In this document: positions 20,436 through 30,224 of the stretch, piece after piece
How the letters are laid out: each line of letters begins with the position of its first letter
Numbering within the stretch: the stretch's first letter is position 1
Assembly: GCA_039934415.1 (NCBI GenBank)
Contig: JBDTME010000004.1
Span: 632-64,631 of the forward strand
Direction of reading: 5' to 3'
DNA: 64,000 bases
Origin: Patescibacteria group bacterium
GTDB taxonomy: Bacteria > Patescibacteriota > Microgenomatia > UBA1400 > PJMF01
Notes under the pieces: generated by a model
What the model was told of the DNA's origin: nothing
Seen by the model: the letters and a program-made list of their open reading frames with translations, nothing else
The model's database searches: none
Translations under genes and position numbers: made by a program

Positions 20436-22691
20436 TTAATTTTCTCGTAACATTCTCAGTAGATAGGGTATTTGTTTTGCGTTGACAGAGATACCTTCTA
20501 CATGAGAGTGAACTAAAAACTCAATGAGTTCTTGATCTAAATTGTGTTCGCAAAAAATGACTGGCCGTTGATATTTTTGCGCAGATTCAATAACCATTTT
20601 AATAATAGTCCTAAAGCCAGGAGAATGATCATATGAAACTGAGAACTCGTTTGAGATATCGGAATCGAGCCCTAAAAGTAACATTTTTAAGTCTTTAGCA
20701 CCGATGGTAATCCCATCCACCCCATGGGATAGGAATGTATCCAGCTCTATTGCCACAGCTGGGGTATCCACCATCATCCAAATTTGAAAATGATGCGATT
20801 GTTTAAGGCCACGTTTTTCCATGTGGGATTTTAGTAATACCAATTCTTCGATACTGCGAATAAATGGGATCATGACGTGAAGATTGTCGTACCCTTCGTG
20901 TTTGAGCATTTTGATTGCTTCGAGCTCCAGATTAAAGCTGGCTAAGTCTGTGAGATAACGAAATGCTCCGCGATAACCAATTGCCGGATTTTTTTCTGTC
21001 TGTTCATACTCAGTTCCCCCTTCGAGTTGTCTGAGTTCGTCGGAAGTCATATCCAGAAAACGATAATAAACGGGTTTTGGATGAACAGTTTGACAAACAG
21101 TTTTGATACCTTCTGCTAATTTGTGAATGAAAAGGTGCTCTTTGCGTTGTCGAATCGCATGTTTAGGGTGTAAACCGATTTGTGCAACCAAGTACTCCGC
21201 GCGCAGGAGTCCAATCCCGGCAATTTGATGGAGTTCCATCGTTTTTATGTTTGCGGGTTCGCCTGTTGAAAGGTAGAGTTTGGTATGTAATGTCGTGCGA
21301 GTTCTTTCTGATGAAGACTTTTGATCTCTGTATTGCAGTGATCCATCATATACAACACCTTGTTGCCCAAAGATGGTGATGAGCTGGCCATTTTTAAAAA
21401 TGTGCGAGCCAAAGTGGGTGCTACCGATACACGGAATTCCTAAACTCTGAACATCTCGAGGGAAAAACGCTTGATCTGCGACGATGCCGGCTGCTTTTCG
21501 CAAGTGTTCTACATTGAGCAAATTTAACTTGTCTGTGACCAGAATTTCACCCGACTGTATTTGTGCGTACTCCTCTGGTGTTCGACAAATTCTAACTTTA
21601 CCAGAGATCAATCCAGGATGAACGGAAGAGCCATACAGTGTTGGCCTCATCGTTCCTATTTGGGTTATGAAGTTGTCGTCGGGATCGCCGACTTTTTCCA
21701 TTAGTTGTTCTGTTTGTAAAATATAAAACTGATCGTTCTCTAAAGACCATTCAATGCGTTGAGGAAAAAATAAGAATTGTTGGATTTTGATGGCGAGTTG
21801 GGCGAGCTTTTTCAGCTCAGTTGAATTGAGTTTTGGGCTAAACTTGCGTGAGTCAGGAATCGGTATCTCCTGAGTGGAAGTGACTTTTCTGACCAGTTCC
21901 ATATCTTGAGCATGTCGATTTTGTTGAATGATTTCCCAGCTGTCTTTCTCAATTTCGTAACGGTCAGCTTGCATCATGTGGTCATTTAAATACTCGCCAA
22001 TTCCCCAGATGGCATCTATCACGACAGTCCGTTTGTTTTGGTTATCAGGGTTTTTGGAGTAGGCTACTCCCGCAACTTTTGATTCAGTCATGCGTTGAAC
22101 GACAACTGCCTGAGAAATTTGAGTTGGTGAAATTAAGTTTTCAAAAAGTGTCAACAACATTTTGGGTTGAAACAATGCTGCCCAAGTTTTCTTTACAGTA
22201 TGGATCACATTGGCATCACCTTTGATATTGAAGAAAGTGGCGTGAAGGTCTGGAAGTCTGGTTTGAGTCTTACTTGAGCGGACCGCGACAAATGTGTTTG
22301 GTCCGAGTTTTTCATATGCTTGAGCGATCTCAGTGGCTACTTCTTGATCAATTTCCAAGTGATCGATAATCTCAATGATCTGGGTTGAGATTTGGTGTAA
22401 TTTTTCTGGATTTTTATCATCTATCTGTGAAAACAAATGCTCGATCTGATCTTTTTGAGAGGGACTTAGTGCATGAGAAAAAACATGTGCTGGAATAACA
22501 AAACCCGGAGGAATTGGCAGCTTGACCGTTTCCAGTTTTCCCAGATCCACACCCTTATCCCCCACTATACTTAGTGAGTAATTCACACAATCTTTAAACC
22601 AGATAATTGAGGGCAGGTGTTCCATAACAAACAAACCAACAACGTTGGATTGAGTACCTTTCATGGTACTGGAATCAGGGGTGTGACGCAA
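20436..22691 (-). CDS. phosphoenolpyruvate synthase / pyruvate,phosphate dikinase family protein
   Basis: N-terminal PEP/pyruvate-binding ATP-grasp region and a C-terminal PEP-utilising TIM-barrel (GLLRAEYL, AIGYRGAFRY, ITIGAKDL). The central mobile domain is present but the canonical GGRTSHAAI phospho-His motif is not recognisable (see findings). Confidence 0.7.
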   Translation of the reverse strand: MRHTPDSSTMKGTQSNVVGLFVMEHLPSIIWFKDCVNYSLSIVGDKGVDLGKLETVKLPIPPGFVIPAHVFSHALSPSQKDQIEHLFSQIDDKNPEKLHQISTQIIEIIDHLEIDQEVATEIAQAYEKLGPNTFVAVRSSKTQTRLPDLHATFFNIKGDANVIHTVKKTWAALFQPKMLLTLFENLISPTQISQAVVVQRMTESKVAGVAYSKNPDNQNKRTVVIDAIWGIGEYLNDHMMQADRYEIEKDSWEIIQQNRHAQDMELVRKVTSTQEIPIPDSRKFSPKLNSTELKKLAQLAIKIQQFLFFPQRIEWSLENDQFYILQTEQLMEKVGDPDDNFITQIGTMRPTLYGSSVHPGLISGKVRICRTPEEYAQIQSGEILVTDKLNLLNVEHLRKAAGIVADQAFFPRDVQSLGIPCIGSTHFGSHIFKNGQLITIFGQQGVVYDGSLQYRDQKSSSERTRTTLHTKLYLSTGEPANIKTMELHQIAGIGLLRAEYLVAQIGLHPKHAIRQRKEHLFIHKLAEGIKTVCQTVHPKPVYYRFLDMTSDELRQLEGGTEYEQTEKNPAIGYRGAFRYLTDLASFNLELEAIKMLKHEGYDNLHVMIPFIRSIEELVLLKSHMEKRGLKQSHHFQIWMMVDTPAVAIELDTFLSHGVDGITIGAKDLKMLLLGLDSDISNEFSVSYDHSPGFRTIIKMVIESAQKYQRPVIFCEHNLDQELIEFLVHSHVEGISVNAKQIPYLLRMLREN

Positions 22692-22825
22692 GAAGACAGA
22701 AGAGTGCTAAAGCAACACTGACTTGATGTGGCTTCACAGTGGTAGACACCCTGCCAAAACTAGCATTTGCAATTTCAGCGGCTGTAAGTAGAGTGGCTGA
22801 GATGAATGATTGGTATTGTATGACT

Positions 22826-24184
22826 CTACAGTTCCTGACGAATTAAAGCTAACAGTTCATCTCTTTTTTGCTCCATGACTGTTTTATCCATGGCTTCGAC
22901 ATTTAGACGAACGAGAGGTTCTGTATTGGAAGCACGAACGTTAAAGTGCCAATCACCCATTTCCATAGTGACTCCATCAACTTTGATGATTTCCTTAGCA
23001 TCTTTTGCGTATTTTGCTTCCAGACGGCTGAAAACATCAACTGCATTCGCACCTTTAGTATTAATTTCACCTGAGATGAAGTATTTCGATTCAAGTTCAT
23101 CGAGCATTTGATCAAGTGTTTGTGTTGAATGACTGAGTAGGTCCATCAGAAATAGCATTGGAGCTATTCCGCCATCACAGAAAAAGAAATCTTTGAAGTA
23201 ATAATGACCGGTGACTTCTCCTCCAAACGCTGCATTCTCATCCATCATACGTTTTTTGATGTACGCATGGCCTACTCTATTATAGAGTGCCTTGCCTCCA
23301 GCTGCAGCTATTTTTTCAGGTACTGCATGAGAAGCACGGATGTCATAAACGATAGCACTGCCTGGATATTTTTTTAGAAAATATTCGGAGAGTAATGCAG
23401 TCATGAAATCACCAGATACAAACCGGCCTGTTTTGTCGACACAGAAGAAGCGGTCACCGTCCGGATCAAAGGCGAAACCAAGATCAGCCCCCTCTGCTGG
23501 TACTCGTTGCATCAGTTCTCGTCGATTTTCCTCCATGAGTGGATCGCCACCATGATTTGGGAAATTACCATCTGGCTCGAAGTACATGGGGGTCATCTGA
23601 ATTTGGGGAAGTTTTTTGAATAGTTCAGTCAGTGAAAGTCCAACCATGCCATTCGCAGTATCACAGAGTACTTTCATTGGTTTGAGTTTTGACACGTCAA
23701 CTAATCCAAGCATCATTTCGATGAATCCTGGCATGATATCCCATTGTTCGACTGTGCCTGGAGTAGCAGCTGTTGGAGGAAATGTATCAGTTTCAATGAC
23801 CTCTTTAATATCCATGATTCCTTCATCACCTGAAAGGAGGTATGGAATTTGGCGAACCATCTTAAAACCGTTGTACTCTTTTGGATTGTGACTGGCTGTA
23901 ATCATGATGCCAGGTAATTTTTTTGTTGCACATGCGTAGTAGTACATGTCGGTGGAGACCATGCCGACGTCAATTATATTGACACCAACACTGGTTAAGC
24001 CTTCAATGAGTTTGTCGTGCAATGTAGGACTTGAGATGCGAGCGTCGCGCCCGACGATGACAGTTGTTGGAGATAGAACTTTTGCGAACCCTTTGCCTAC
24101 GGCAACCGCAGTTTCTGGAAAAATTTCTTTTTCATACACGCCACGAATGTCATACGATTTGAAAATTCCTGGATTGACCTGCAT
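22826..24184 (-). CDS. phosphoglucomutase/phosphomannomutase family protein
   Basis: Active-site TASHNPKEYNGFK. Start set at MQVNPGIF (ATG ending 24184), preceded by AAGGAG with a 5-nt spacer; the track ORF extends 9 codons upstream. Confidence 0.85.
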   Translation of the reverse strand: MQVNPGIFKSYDIRGVYEKEIFPETAVAVGKGFAKVLSPTTVIVGRDARISSPTLHDKLIEGLTSVGVNIIDVGMVSTDMYYYACATKKLPGIMITASHNPKEYNGFKMVRQIPYLLSGDEGIMDIKEVIETDTFPPTAATPGTVEQWDIMPGFIEMMLGLVDVSKLKPMKVLCDTANGMVGLSLTELFKKLPQIQMTPMYFEPDGNFPNHGGDPLMEENRRELMQRVPAEGADLGFAFDPDGDRFFCVDKTGRFVSGDFMTALLSEYFLKKYPGSAIVYDIRASHAVPEKIAAAGGKALYNRVGHAYIKKRMMDENAAFGGEVTGHYYFKDFFFCDGGIAPMLFLMDLLSHSTQTLDQMLDELESKYFISGEINTKGANAVDVFSRLEAKYAKDAKEIIKVDGVTMEMGDWHFNVRASNTEPLVRLNVEAMDKTVMEQKRDELLALIRQEL

Positions 24185-24227
24185 AAGATCTCCTTTTCGA
24201 ATGAAACACATTATACACTCGTTTATA

Positions 24228-24908
24228 TTACCTCAACATGAGTTGTTCAAGTTCTTGTTGTAGACCTAATTTTGATTGACCGGTTTTCAGATGGAAATCT
24301 AGAAAAGTAAGTTGTTCATGCAGATCTATCAATTGTTGAAGTGTAAATGAACGCGCTTGTTGTTGCAATTTTTTTACGACGAAGGGATGTTCTTTCATGG
24401 GTTCTCCACTCTTTATTAAAAGCAGCAGTCGAACTTGGCGAACGAACATAGCAAAACAAAACTCAGCACCATCTTGTATCGCTGCTTGTTGGAGTAACTT
24501 CAACTTACGCGGGATTGGTCCATGTAATGAATCAAGCCATTCAAATAATGAAGAAGACAGCGCAAAAAGTTGTTGAGTTGCGTTCGGGAATTTTTTTTGT
24601 TGAGCAGGAGTTAATTTTTTAGATTCCCATAAAATGATTTGATTTGAATCAGCATACTTGCCCACCAAAACAAGCAACTCCTCTTTTTTCTTTGATTTTG
24701 GCCCAGAAAAAATACTCTCAATCACCAAAACTTTTTCCGATCCAAACATGTCCTGGCTACCCAGTTCTGCCTCTAGAATCGCAGTAGTCAAACCCGTTGT
24801 TTCCAAATGATGAACCTGCAGATCCTTCTGCTTCGCCACCTCCATCAACTCCACGAGTTTTGCTCGAGAGTTAACCTGATGCTCGCCATGTAAGATCGTA
24901 AGAGACAT
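24228..24908 (-). CDS. holA: DNA polymerase III delta subunit-like protein (short)
   Basis: N-terminal LTILHGEHQVNSRAKLVELME resembles the delta N-domain (YLLYGEE...); 226 aa and helical. Confidence 0.45.
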   Translation of the reverse strand: MSLTILHGEHQVNSRAKLVELMEVAKQKDLQVHHLETTGLTTAILEAELGSQDMFGSEKVLVIESIFSGPKSKKKEELLVLVGKYADSNQIILWESKKLTPAQQKKFPNATQQLFALSSSLFEWLDSLHGPIPRKLKLLQQAAIQDGAEFCFAMFVRQVRLLLLIKSGEPMKEHPFVVKKLQQQARSFTLQQLIDLHEQLTFLDFHLKTGQSKLGLQQELEQLMLR

Positions 24909-24938
24909 GGGCGTAGTGTACCGGTAAATAGAAAAAGA

Positions 24939-25157
24939 TTACAGCCCGGAGAGCAAAGTCTGAATTTTAGCGAAGATAAAACCACCAAGGAAAATAATCC
25001 CGTACAAAAACAAATGCATCAACATCGAAAAAACTCTCTCACTCTTCGTGGCTTCATGCTGAACGCCAAGAGCTCCAGAGACAGCATCATTTACATTAGA
25101 ACTAGAGTTGAATATTCCCATGGTTACAAGTATGTAAACAGGAAGTGAAAAAGTCAA
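24939..25157 (-). CDS. small membrane protein (72 aa)
   Basis: Two hydrophobic segments; the stop overlaps the start of the downstream tadZ-like gene by 4 nt. Confidence 0.3.
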   Translation of the reverse strand: MTFSLPVYILVTMGIFNSSSNVNDAVSGALGVQHEATKSERVFSMLMHLFLYGIIFLGGFIFAKIQTLLSGL

Positions 25158-26263
25158 ACCGGAAAAATAGTCTCAGTTAACTTGAAGAATACTGATTCAG
25201 CTAATTCTTTCAGTTGCTTTGTTAACAATAAAGATTCGTTCGTTATTAGTTCAAATTTTCTTTGATGTAACTTAATTGCTTCACTATCTTCATCGATAAC
25301 GAATATTTTGTTTGGACTCATTTTTTGCTCCAATGATTTTATGAGTGATAGATCTAGTGTTGGCTCAACTCTATTGCAAACCAAGAGAGATAAGCTTTTA
25401 TTTTCGGGTCTCTGTATCTCTTTATGGGTCTCTAATGTCTGAATAATACTGTTAGCATCTGGGGTGAAGATCAGAATTAATAAGTCAAAAAGTTGAGCAT
25501 ATGCAGAAAGTTGTGTTGTAGGAAAAACTGGCATGTCCACAACCGTTATTTGATAAAGTTGCTTCATACCAGTAAGAAGATTAGAGAGCTCTTCAGCAGA
25601 AAGAATAGGTGTCATGTAATTTTCAGGTGCACTTAGTATGTCAAATTGGTAGTCTGTTTTTAAAACTTGTGAATTCAAACGGCGAGGTGTTAGATCTTTA
25701 CCAGTGTTCAAGAGTGGTCGAAGAACTTGCCATGAAGTTTTAGACTGAATGTTTAAGAATGTATGTGCCGATCCAAACGGTATTCCAGCATCAATTAGAA
25801 GCGGGTCTGATTTTGTGAATGTAGAAAGTTTTGATGCCAAATGGTAACTGATGAAACTTTTCCCTACTCCTCCTTTTATCGCTAAAACACCAACTGTTTT
25901 TCCTTGACCAAACTGCTTTTTCCTTTTTTCAAAAACTGCGTCATAGGCTTGATCAATCAATGCATCCAGGTTTTTTAAATCTTTTGGTAAGATGACGGCG
26001 AATGCTTGAAGTTGCTGCGCAAGTTGATATGTTGTGGCTAGTGTCTCTACACTTTCCAAGTAAAGAATCAGTGCAACTTGGGTTTTTCCTAACAGTTGTT
26101 TAATGTTTTTTGCCTGTTTTACTGTAGCAATGATGACATCACAGGATTCTATAAATTGAGAACTCTCTTTCTCTTCTTGCCAAATGAGATATTTATTAAT
26201 TGGTAATGCTTGCAAAATTTCTCTGATCTCACTTTTATAAACCAGATTGGTAACTTTGATCAT
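25154..26263 (-). CDS. tadZ: Flp pilus assembly ATPase-like protein CpaE/TadZ (receiver-like N-domain plus MinD/ParA-type ATPase)
   Basis: Deviant Walker A VLAIKGGVGKSFISYHLA; operon context with tadA/tadB. Confidence 0.7.
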   Translation of the reverse strand: MIKVTNLVYKSEIREILQALPINKYLIWQEEKESSQFIESCDVIIATVKQAKNIKQLLGKTQVALILYLESVETLATTYQLAQQLQAFAVILPKDLKNLDALIDQAYDAVFEKRKKQFGQGKTVGVLAIKGGVGKSFISYHLASKLSTFTKSDPLLIDAGIPFGSAHTFLNIQSKTSWQVLRPLLNTGKDLTPRRLNSQVLKTDYQFDILSAPENYMTPILSAEELSNLLTGMKQLYQITVVDMPVFPTTQLSAYAQLFDLLILIFTPDANSIIQTLETHKEIQRPENKSLSLLVCNRVEPTLDLSLIKSLEQKMSPNKIFVIDEDSEAIKLHQRKFELITNESLLLTKQLKELAESVFFKLTETIFPV

Positions 26264-26265
26264 AG

Positions 26266-27486
26266 TTAGTGCTTTTCTTTCAATGAATTAAAAAATTTTG
26301 TGGTTTTCATATTGCTGATACTGAAATCTTTTTGATCAATTTCGTACAAAGTATTTAACTTACCTGATGTTGAAAAAGAACAGATTTTGGATATAACCCG
26401 ATGGTGTCGTTCATCGCGTTTCAACTGTATAAATAGATCAATAGAGCTTATAATCCAGCTTCGTATAACAGATAGAGGAAGTTCTTGGAATCCAGCCAAG
26501 AGAACGAGTGACTCCAAACGGTTGACTGCTGATTCAGGACTGTTTGCATGAATTGTTGACATGGAACCTGGATGACCAGTGTTCATAGCCTGCAGTAAGT
26601 CGTATGCTTCTCCGCCTCTCGCCTCTCCTACAATAATTCGATCAGGTCGCATTCTTAAGGCATTTTTGACTAAGTCACGAATAGTTAACTCTCCTTTGCC
26701 ATCTACATTTGGTGGACGAGTTTCCAGTCGAACCAGATTTAATAAATTTCTTGGTGTTGCTAACTCAGCGGTTTCTTCAATCAATACTACTCTTTCACCT
26801 TTTTCGCCTCCTGGTACCCAGCTTAAAATAGCTGAAGTTAAGGTCGTCTTTCCTGTAGCTGTTCCTCCAGAAATGAGGATATTTGCTTTCAGGTGAACAG
26901 CTTCTGCCAAAAATTCACCAACTGATTTTGGGAACATCCCAAAATCAATTAAATCATTTGGGCTATATACTTCTTCCGGAAATTTTCGAATTGTAATCAA
27001 AGGTCCTTGTGGGCTGATAGGTTCGACAACAACATTGACACGAGATCCATCTGCAATTCTTGTATCAACAATGGGCATGCTACGGTCAACACGTCTACCA
27101 CTTCCTTCTAACAAGCGTTCAATAATGATGCTCAGTTCTTCTCTATCTAACTTACTATCAGTTAACTCAAATTGGTCATTCATTCTTTTTTTAATGAAAA
27201 CTCCATCAAAGCCGTTAATCATTATCTCTTCCACCTCCGGATCGTCTTGATACTCTTGAATGCTTTGTAATCCCCACACAACTTCAGTCAGTAATTGATT
27301 GAGAATAATTTGTTTTTGGTCGGGAAGAACAAATTGACTGATTGATTCAAACACTTGGTCTAAATGTTTCTCACCTTGTATTTGTTGGTCAGTTCGAGAG
27401 AGCAAATGGAAATCTTTTTCTTTTGAGACTATCTCAATGAAGTTAAGTTTAATTTGGTTATAGTTTAAATGTAGTGCATTTTTCAT
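26266..27486 (-). CDS. tadA: Tad pilus secretion ATPase CpaF/TadA (VirB11 family)
   Basis: Walker A ISGGTATGKTT, His box LLQAMNTGHPGSMSTIHANS, Walker B VLIEETAE. Confidence 0.9.
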   Translation of the reverse strand: MKNALHLNYNQIKLNFIEIVSKEKDFHLLSRTDQQIQGEKHLDQVFESISQFVLPDQKQIILNQLLTEVVWGLQSIQEYQDDPEVEEIMINGFDGVFIKKRMNDQFELTDSKLDREELSIIIERLLEGSGRRVDRSMPIVDTRIADGSRVNVVVEPISPQGPLITIRKFPEEVYSPNDLIDFGMFPKSVGEFLAEAVHLKANILISGGTATGKTTLTSAILSWVPGGEKGERVVLIEETAELATPRNLLNLVRLETRPPNVDGKGELTIRDLVKNALRMRPDRIIVGEARGGEAYDLLQAMNTGHPGSMSTIHANSPESAVNRLESLVLLAGFQELPLSVIRSWIISSIDLFIQLKRDERHHRVISKICSFSTSGKLNTLYEIDQKDFSISNMKTTKFFNSLKEKH

Positions 27487-27492
27487 TTTAGG

Positions 27493-28335
27493 TCATAATC
27501 CTTTTTGCAAGACGAATATAAAGGGAATAAGAAAAATGATAAGCAAAGCTGGGAGATGGAAAAGTAAAAGCGGTCCTAAAAGTACTCCACTTGTTTTATT
27601 TGCCAAATCTTTCGTGTGTTGTTCACGTAAAAGTTGTGCTGTTTCTACCAGACTTTGTGTTTTATTAGTCAGAGATGTTCCGTACTGATTTGAGACTCTG
27701 ATTGAAATAGACAGCTCTTTGAGCAAGGGATGTGGGCAAATAATCACAAAGCGATCAAGCAATTCTGACCCACTCAAATAACGTTGAACCTTTATAAGTC
27801 GACGTAGCTCATCACCTAGAGCCCCTGGAAAATTGGGAGCAATGAACCTGAGTGCTTGAGGAAAAGATTCATAACCTGTTGATGAAGTGATCATGTGGAA
27901 TTGTTCTAAAAAAGTAGGTACTGCTTGGTATAGTAAAAATTGATGAGTTTTCATTTTGTCTTGAATATAAAACTCTGGGAGGCACAAGCCGATACTGGCA
28001 CCTACTATGAAACCAATTAGCATAAATAACGGAGAGACTTTTTGAATGATTAAACTCAGCACAAGCGCACAGATGCTTGCCGTTAATATTGTGCTCAACA
28101 TTTTAAAAAAACGAATCGTTCTTTTGTCAAAATAAATGAGGGCCACTGTTAACTGTTCTGATTTTAAAAAAAAAGTTTTATCAAACACTTTCATTGATTG
28201 AATCGACTTGTCTATTCGCACTGAAAACTTTTGTAGTATGAAGGAGGGAGTCTCTGAACTCCCACTTAGTTTTTGTAGGTAGTTGTTACTATTAATAATG
28301 AATGAAATCATTCTTATCACTCCTTGCTTGTCCAT
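27493..28335 (-). CDS. tadB: Tad pilus inner-membrane platform protein TadB-like (T2SS-F domain)
   Basis: T2SSF-type membrane topology with a soluble helical cytoplasmic domain; locus context. Confidence 0.65.
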   Translation of the reverse strand: MDKQGVIRMISFIINSNNYLQKLSGSSETPSFILQKFSVRIDKSIQSMKVFDKTFFLKSEQLTVALIYFDKRTIRFFKMLSTILTASICALVLSLIIQKVSPLFMLIGFIVGASIGLCLPEFYIQDKMKTHQFLLYQAVPTFLEQFHMITSSTGYESFPQALRFIAPNFPGALGDELRRLIKVQRYLSGSELLDRFVIICPHPLLKELSISIRVSNQYGTSLTNKTQSLVETAQLLREQHTKDLANKTSGVLLGPLLLFHLPALLIIFLIPFIFVLQKGL

Positions 28336-28694
28336 TGTTTCTCATTTAGGACTGAAGCTGAAATTGATATTGGCTTTTGAATTGAATCGAAAAAAGGGAC
28401 ATTAGATTGAAGATTTGCCCTAACGTTAAGAGTGATATATTCGTTACTGGAACAGTCAATTGTAAGTGGTATGCTCATTTCTCTTATTGAATCTTTTACA
28501 AACTGAATTCCAGTGTTGCAATCTTTTATTGCTGCAACTCGTGCCCCCGCGTCGGTTACACTTGTTAATTGAAGTCTAAGAAAAGCAAGTTGCCCAAAAT
28601 AAAACACAATTCCAATCAACCCTACAATCAATGGCATTAACATGACTAGTTCCAGTGTTGCCCACCCGCTTTGTATGAATAGCTTTTTTCTCAT
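28317..28694 (-). CDS. tadE: TadE-like pseudopilin
   Basis: N-terminus SGWATLELVMLMPLIVGLIGIVFYFGQ matches the TadE family (ATVEFALV...). Confidence 0.7.
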   Translation of the reverse strand: MRKKLFIQSGWATLELVMLMPLIVGLIGIVFYFGQLAFLRLQLTSVTDAGARVAAIKDCNTGIQFVKDSIREMSIPLTIDCSSNEYITLNVRANLQSNVPFFDSIQKPISISASVLNEKQWTSKE

Positions 28695-28721
28695 ATTGAA
28701 TGAGTAGATAGATTTTTTATT

Positions 28722-29384
28722 TCACTTCGTTATGGCTACTAAGTACCATCCATCGGCTAAGGCTTTAGTTAACAAAAGTGAAGTTTGTGGGTCTAGCACA
28801 AAACCAACGCTGTTTATTTGTTCTTGATCCGAGTCAGTTTTGACTACAGTGACGTCAGCTACTTTTACTGATTCAATTAGTATTTCTGCTTGATCAGCTT
28901 TTTTGTCTTTTCCTAAAATGCTCAACTCTTGGCCAGTTTCAAATGTACTTGGTATTGCATGTAAATCTCTCAAGGGCAAGTAAAATAGATGTTGTTGTGG
29001 AGCTATTTGTTCTTTGAGTGTTACCAGTTCTTCTGGTTTTTGAAATGAACTCAGCTGCAGAATATCTCCAGCTTGAAGATCAATTAACAGAGGAATTTTT
29101 GTCAGTTCAACATTATTACAGTCATTAATGCTATTTGATGAAATGTCATGAGTTCTTATTTGTTTTGAGGTAATTTTGTTTAACTGAAGATAGTCACCTT
29201 TTTTTACATTGGACTTTACTAGACACTCGGTTGTCATAGGTTCAGGCTGAGGACGTTGTGACCATGCGTTAGTTAAGAAACCAACTGTTAGAAGCCAAAG
29301 CAGGATGGACAGGAATCGCAACCAATAGCGTTCGAGCAAACGCCACAATTTCCCCTGAAGTGAATGTGGTGGAAGACGCTTCAT
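28722..29384 (-). CDS. cpaB: Flp pilus assembly protein CpaB/RcpC-like (SAF domain)
   Basis: N-terminal TM (FLSILLWLLTVGFL) followed by beta-rich SAF/RcpC-like domains; locus context. Confidence 0.6.
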   Translation of the reverse strand: MKRLPPHSLQGKLWRLLERYWLRFLSILLWLLTVGFLTNAWSQRPQPEPMTTECLVKSNVKKGDYLQLNKITSKQIRTHDISSNSINDCNNVELTKIPLLIDLQAGDILQLSSFQKPEELVTLKEQIAPQQHLFYLPLRDLHAIPSTFETGQELSILGKDKKADQAEILIESVKVADVTVVKTDSDQEQINSVGFVLDPQTSLLLTKALADGWYLVAITK

Positions 29385-29391
29385 AAAAAGT

Positions 29392-29541
29392 TTAAATCAA
29401 TTTTAAAGTTTCTATTGCTGCGACAAGTTTTTCACCAAACGCTTTGAGAACTAGCGTGACAACTCCAACGAGTGCTATGGCGCCAACCACATACTCCATC
29501 GTTGTCCAACCAGTTTGGGAGTGTTTTCTATTTTTAGACAT
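29392..29541 (-). CDS. flp: Flp-family type IVb prepilin (49 aa)
   Basis: Found by manual translation: MSKNRKHSQTGWTTMEYVVGAIALVGVVTLVLKAFGEKLVAAIETLKLI. It has the Flp processing motif G/xxxxEY and a hydrophobic stretch, and GGAG sits 7 nt upstream of the ATG. It is below the 60-aa cutoff of the ORF track. Confidence 0.8.
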   Translation of the reverse strand: MSKNRKHSQTGWTTMEYVVGAIALVGVVTLVLKAFGEKLVAAIETLKLI

Positions 29542-29587
29542 AGAGCTCCAAATTTGAAAATAACGTCTAAATCAGTTATTATATAAG

Positions 29588-30220
29588 ATGTTCAAAAAAT
29601 ATCAAATTGTATCAAAGATGCCTAAAAATCTCTCAAATACACTTCGAGATAGAACTGGTTCAGTCTCCATACTTTTTATTATTTTCATTGTGGTCGCAAT
29701 TAGTTTCACTTATGGAATCGTAGCCGTGGCTGAGACATTAATACAAAAAAAAGAAGCTATATATGGAGCTCAATCGAGTGCGAACGCTGCAGCATTTGTA
29801 TACGCTCAAACTTTTGTAAAAAAGATGCACCAATGTGTTGGGAAAAAGATTGAGGAGGCTATGAGTACATCAGCTCAGATTAATCCCGATTGTGACAACA
29901 CTAAATTAAAGCAATGTGCTGAAGGCGATTTTACTGAATGTGGAACAATTGTGTTTTTGTGTTTTCCCGATGAACAAAATGAAATTCAAGCCTGTGGTCA
30001 GGATGAAAATGTCAGAAATGAGTCTATACAAGTTGCTCGTTCTTCAGCTCAAACGATTGCAAAAAAGTATGAGTTAAAACATGTTGAGATTTCTTTATTC
30101 AATGACTCAGTGAAAGTTACAGGTACAAAGGAATTAAAAACACAATTGCCTATCTTTGGAACTACAGATGAATTCAAAGTCCAAGCCGAAAGTACATTTT
30201 CATTACTAAAAAAGGATTAG
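29588..30220 (+). CDS. TadG/TadE-like pilus assembly protein, Cys-rich extracellular domain
   Basis: N-terminus DRTGSVSILFIIFIVVAISFTYGIVAV resembles the TadG/TadE anchor; 7 Cys in the mature part; divergent from the flp operon. Confidence 0.5.
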   Translation: MFKKYQIVSKMPKNLSNTLRDRTGSVSILFIIFIVVAISFTYGIVAVAETLIQKKEAIYGAQSSANAAAFVYAQTFVKKMHQCVGKKIEEAMSTSAQINPDCDNTKLKQCAEGDFTECGTIVFLCFPDEQNEIQACGQDENVRNESIQVARSSAQTIAKKYELKHVEISLFNDSVKVTGTKELKTQLPIFGTTDEFKVQAESTFSLLKKD

Positions 30221-30224
30221 CAGA

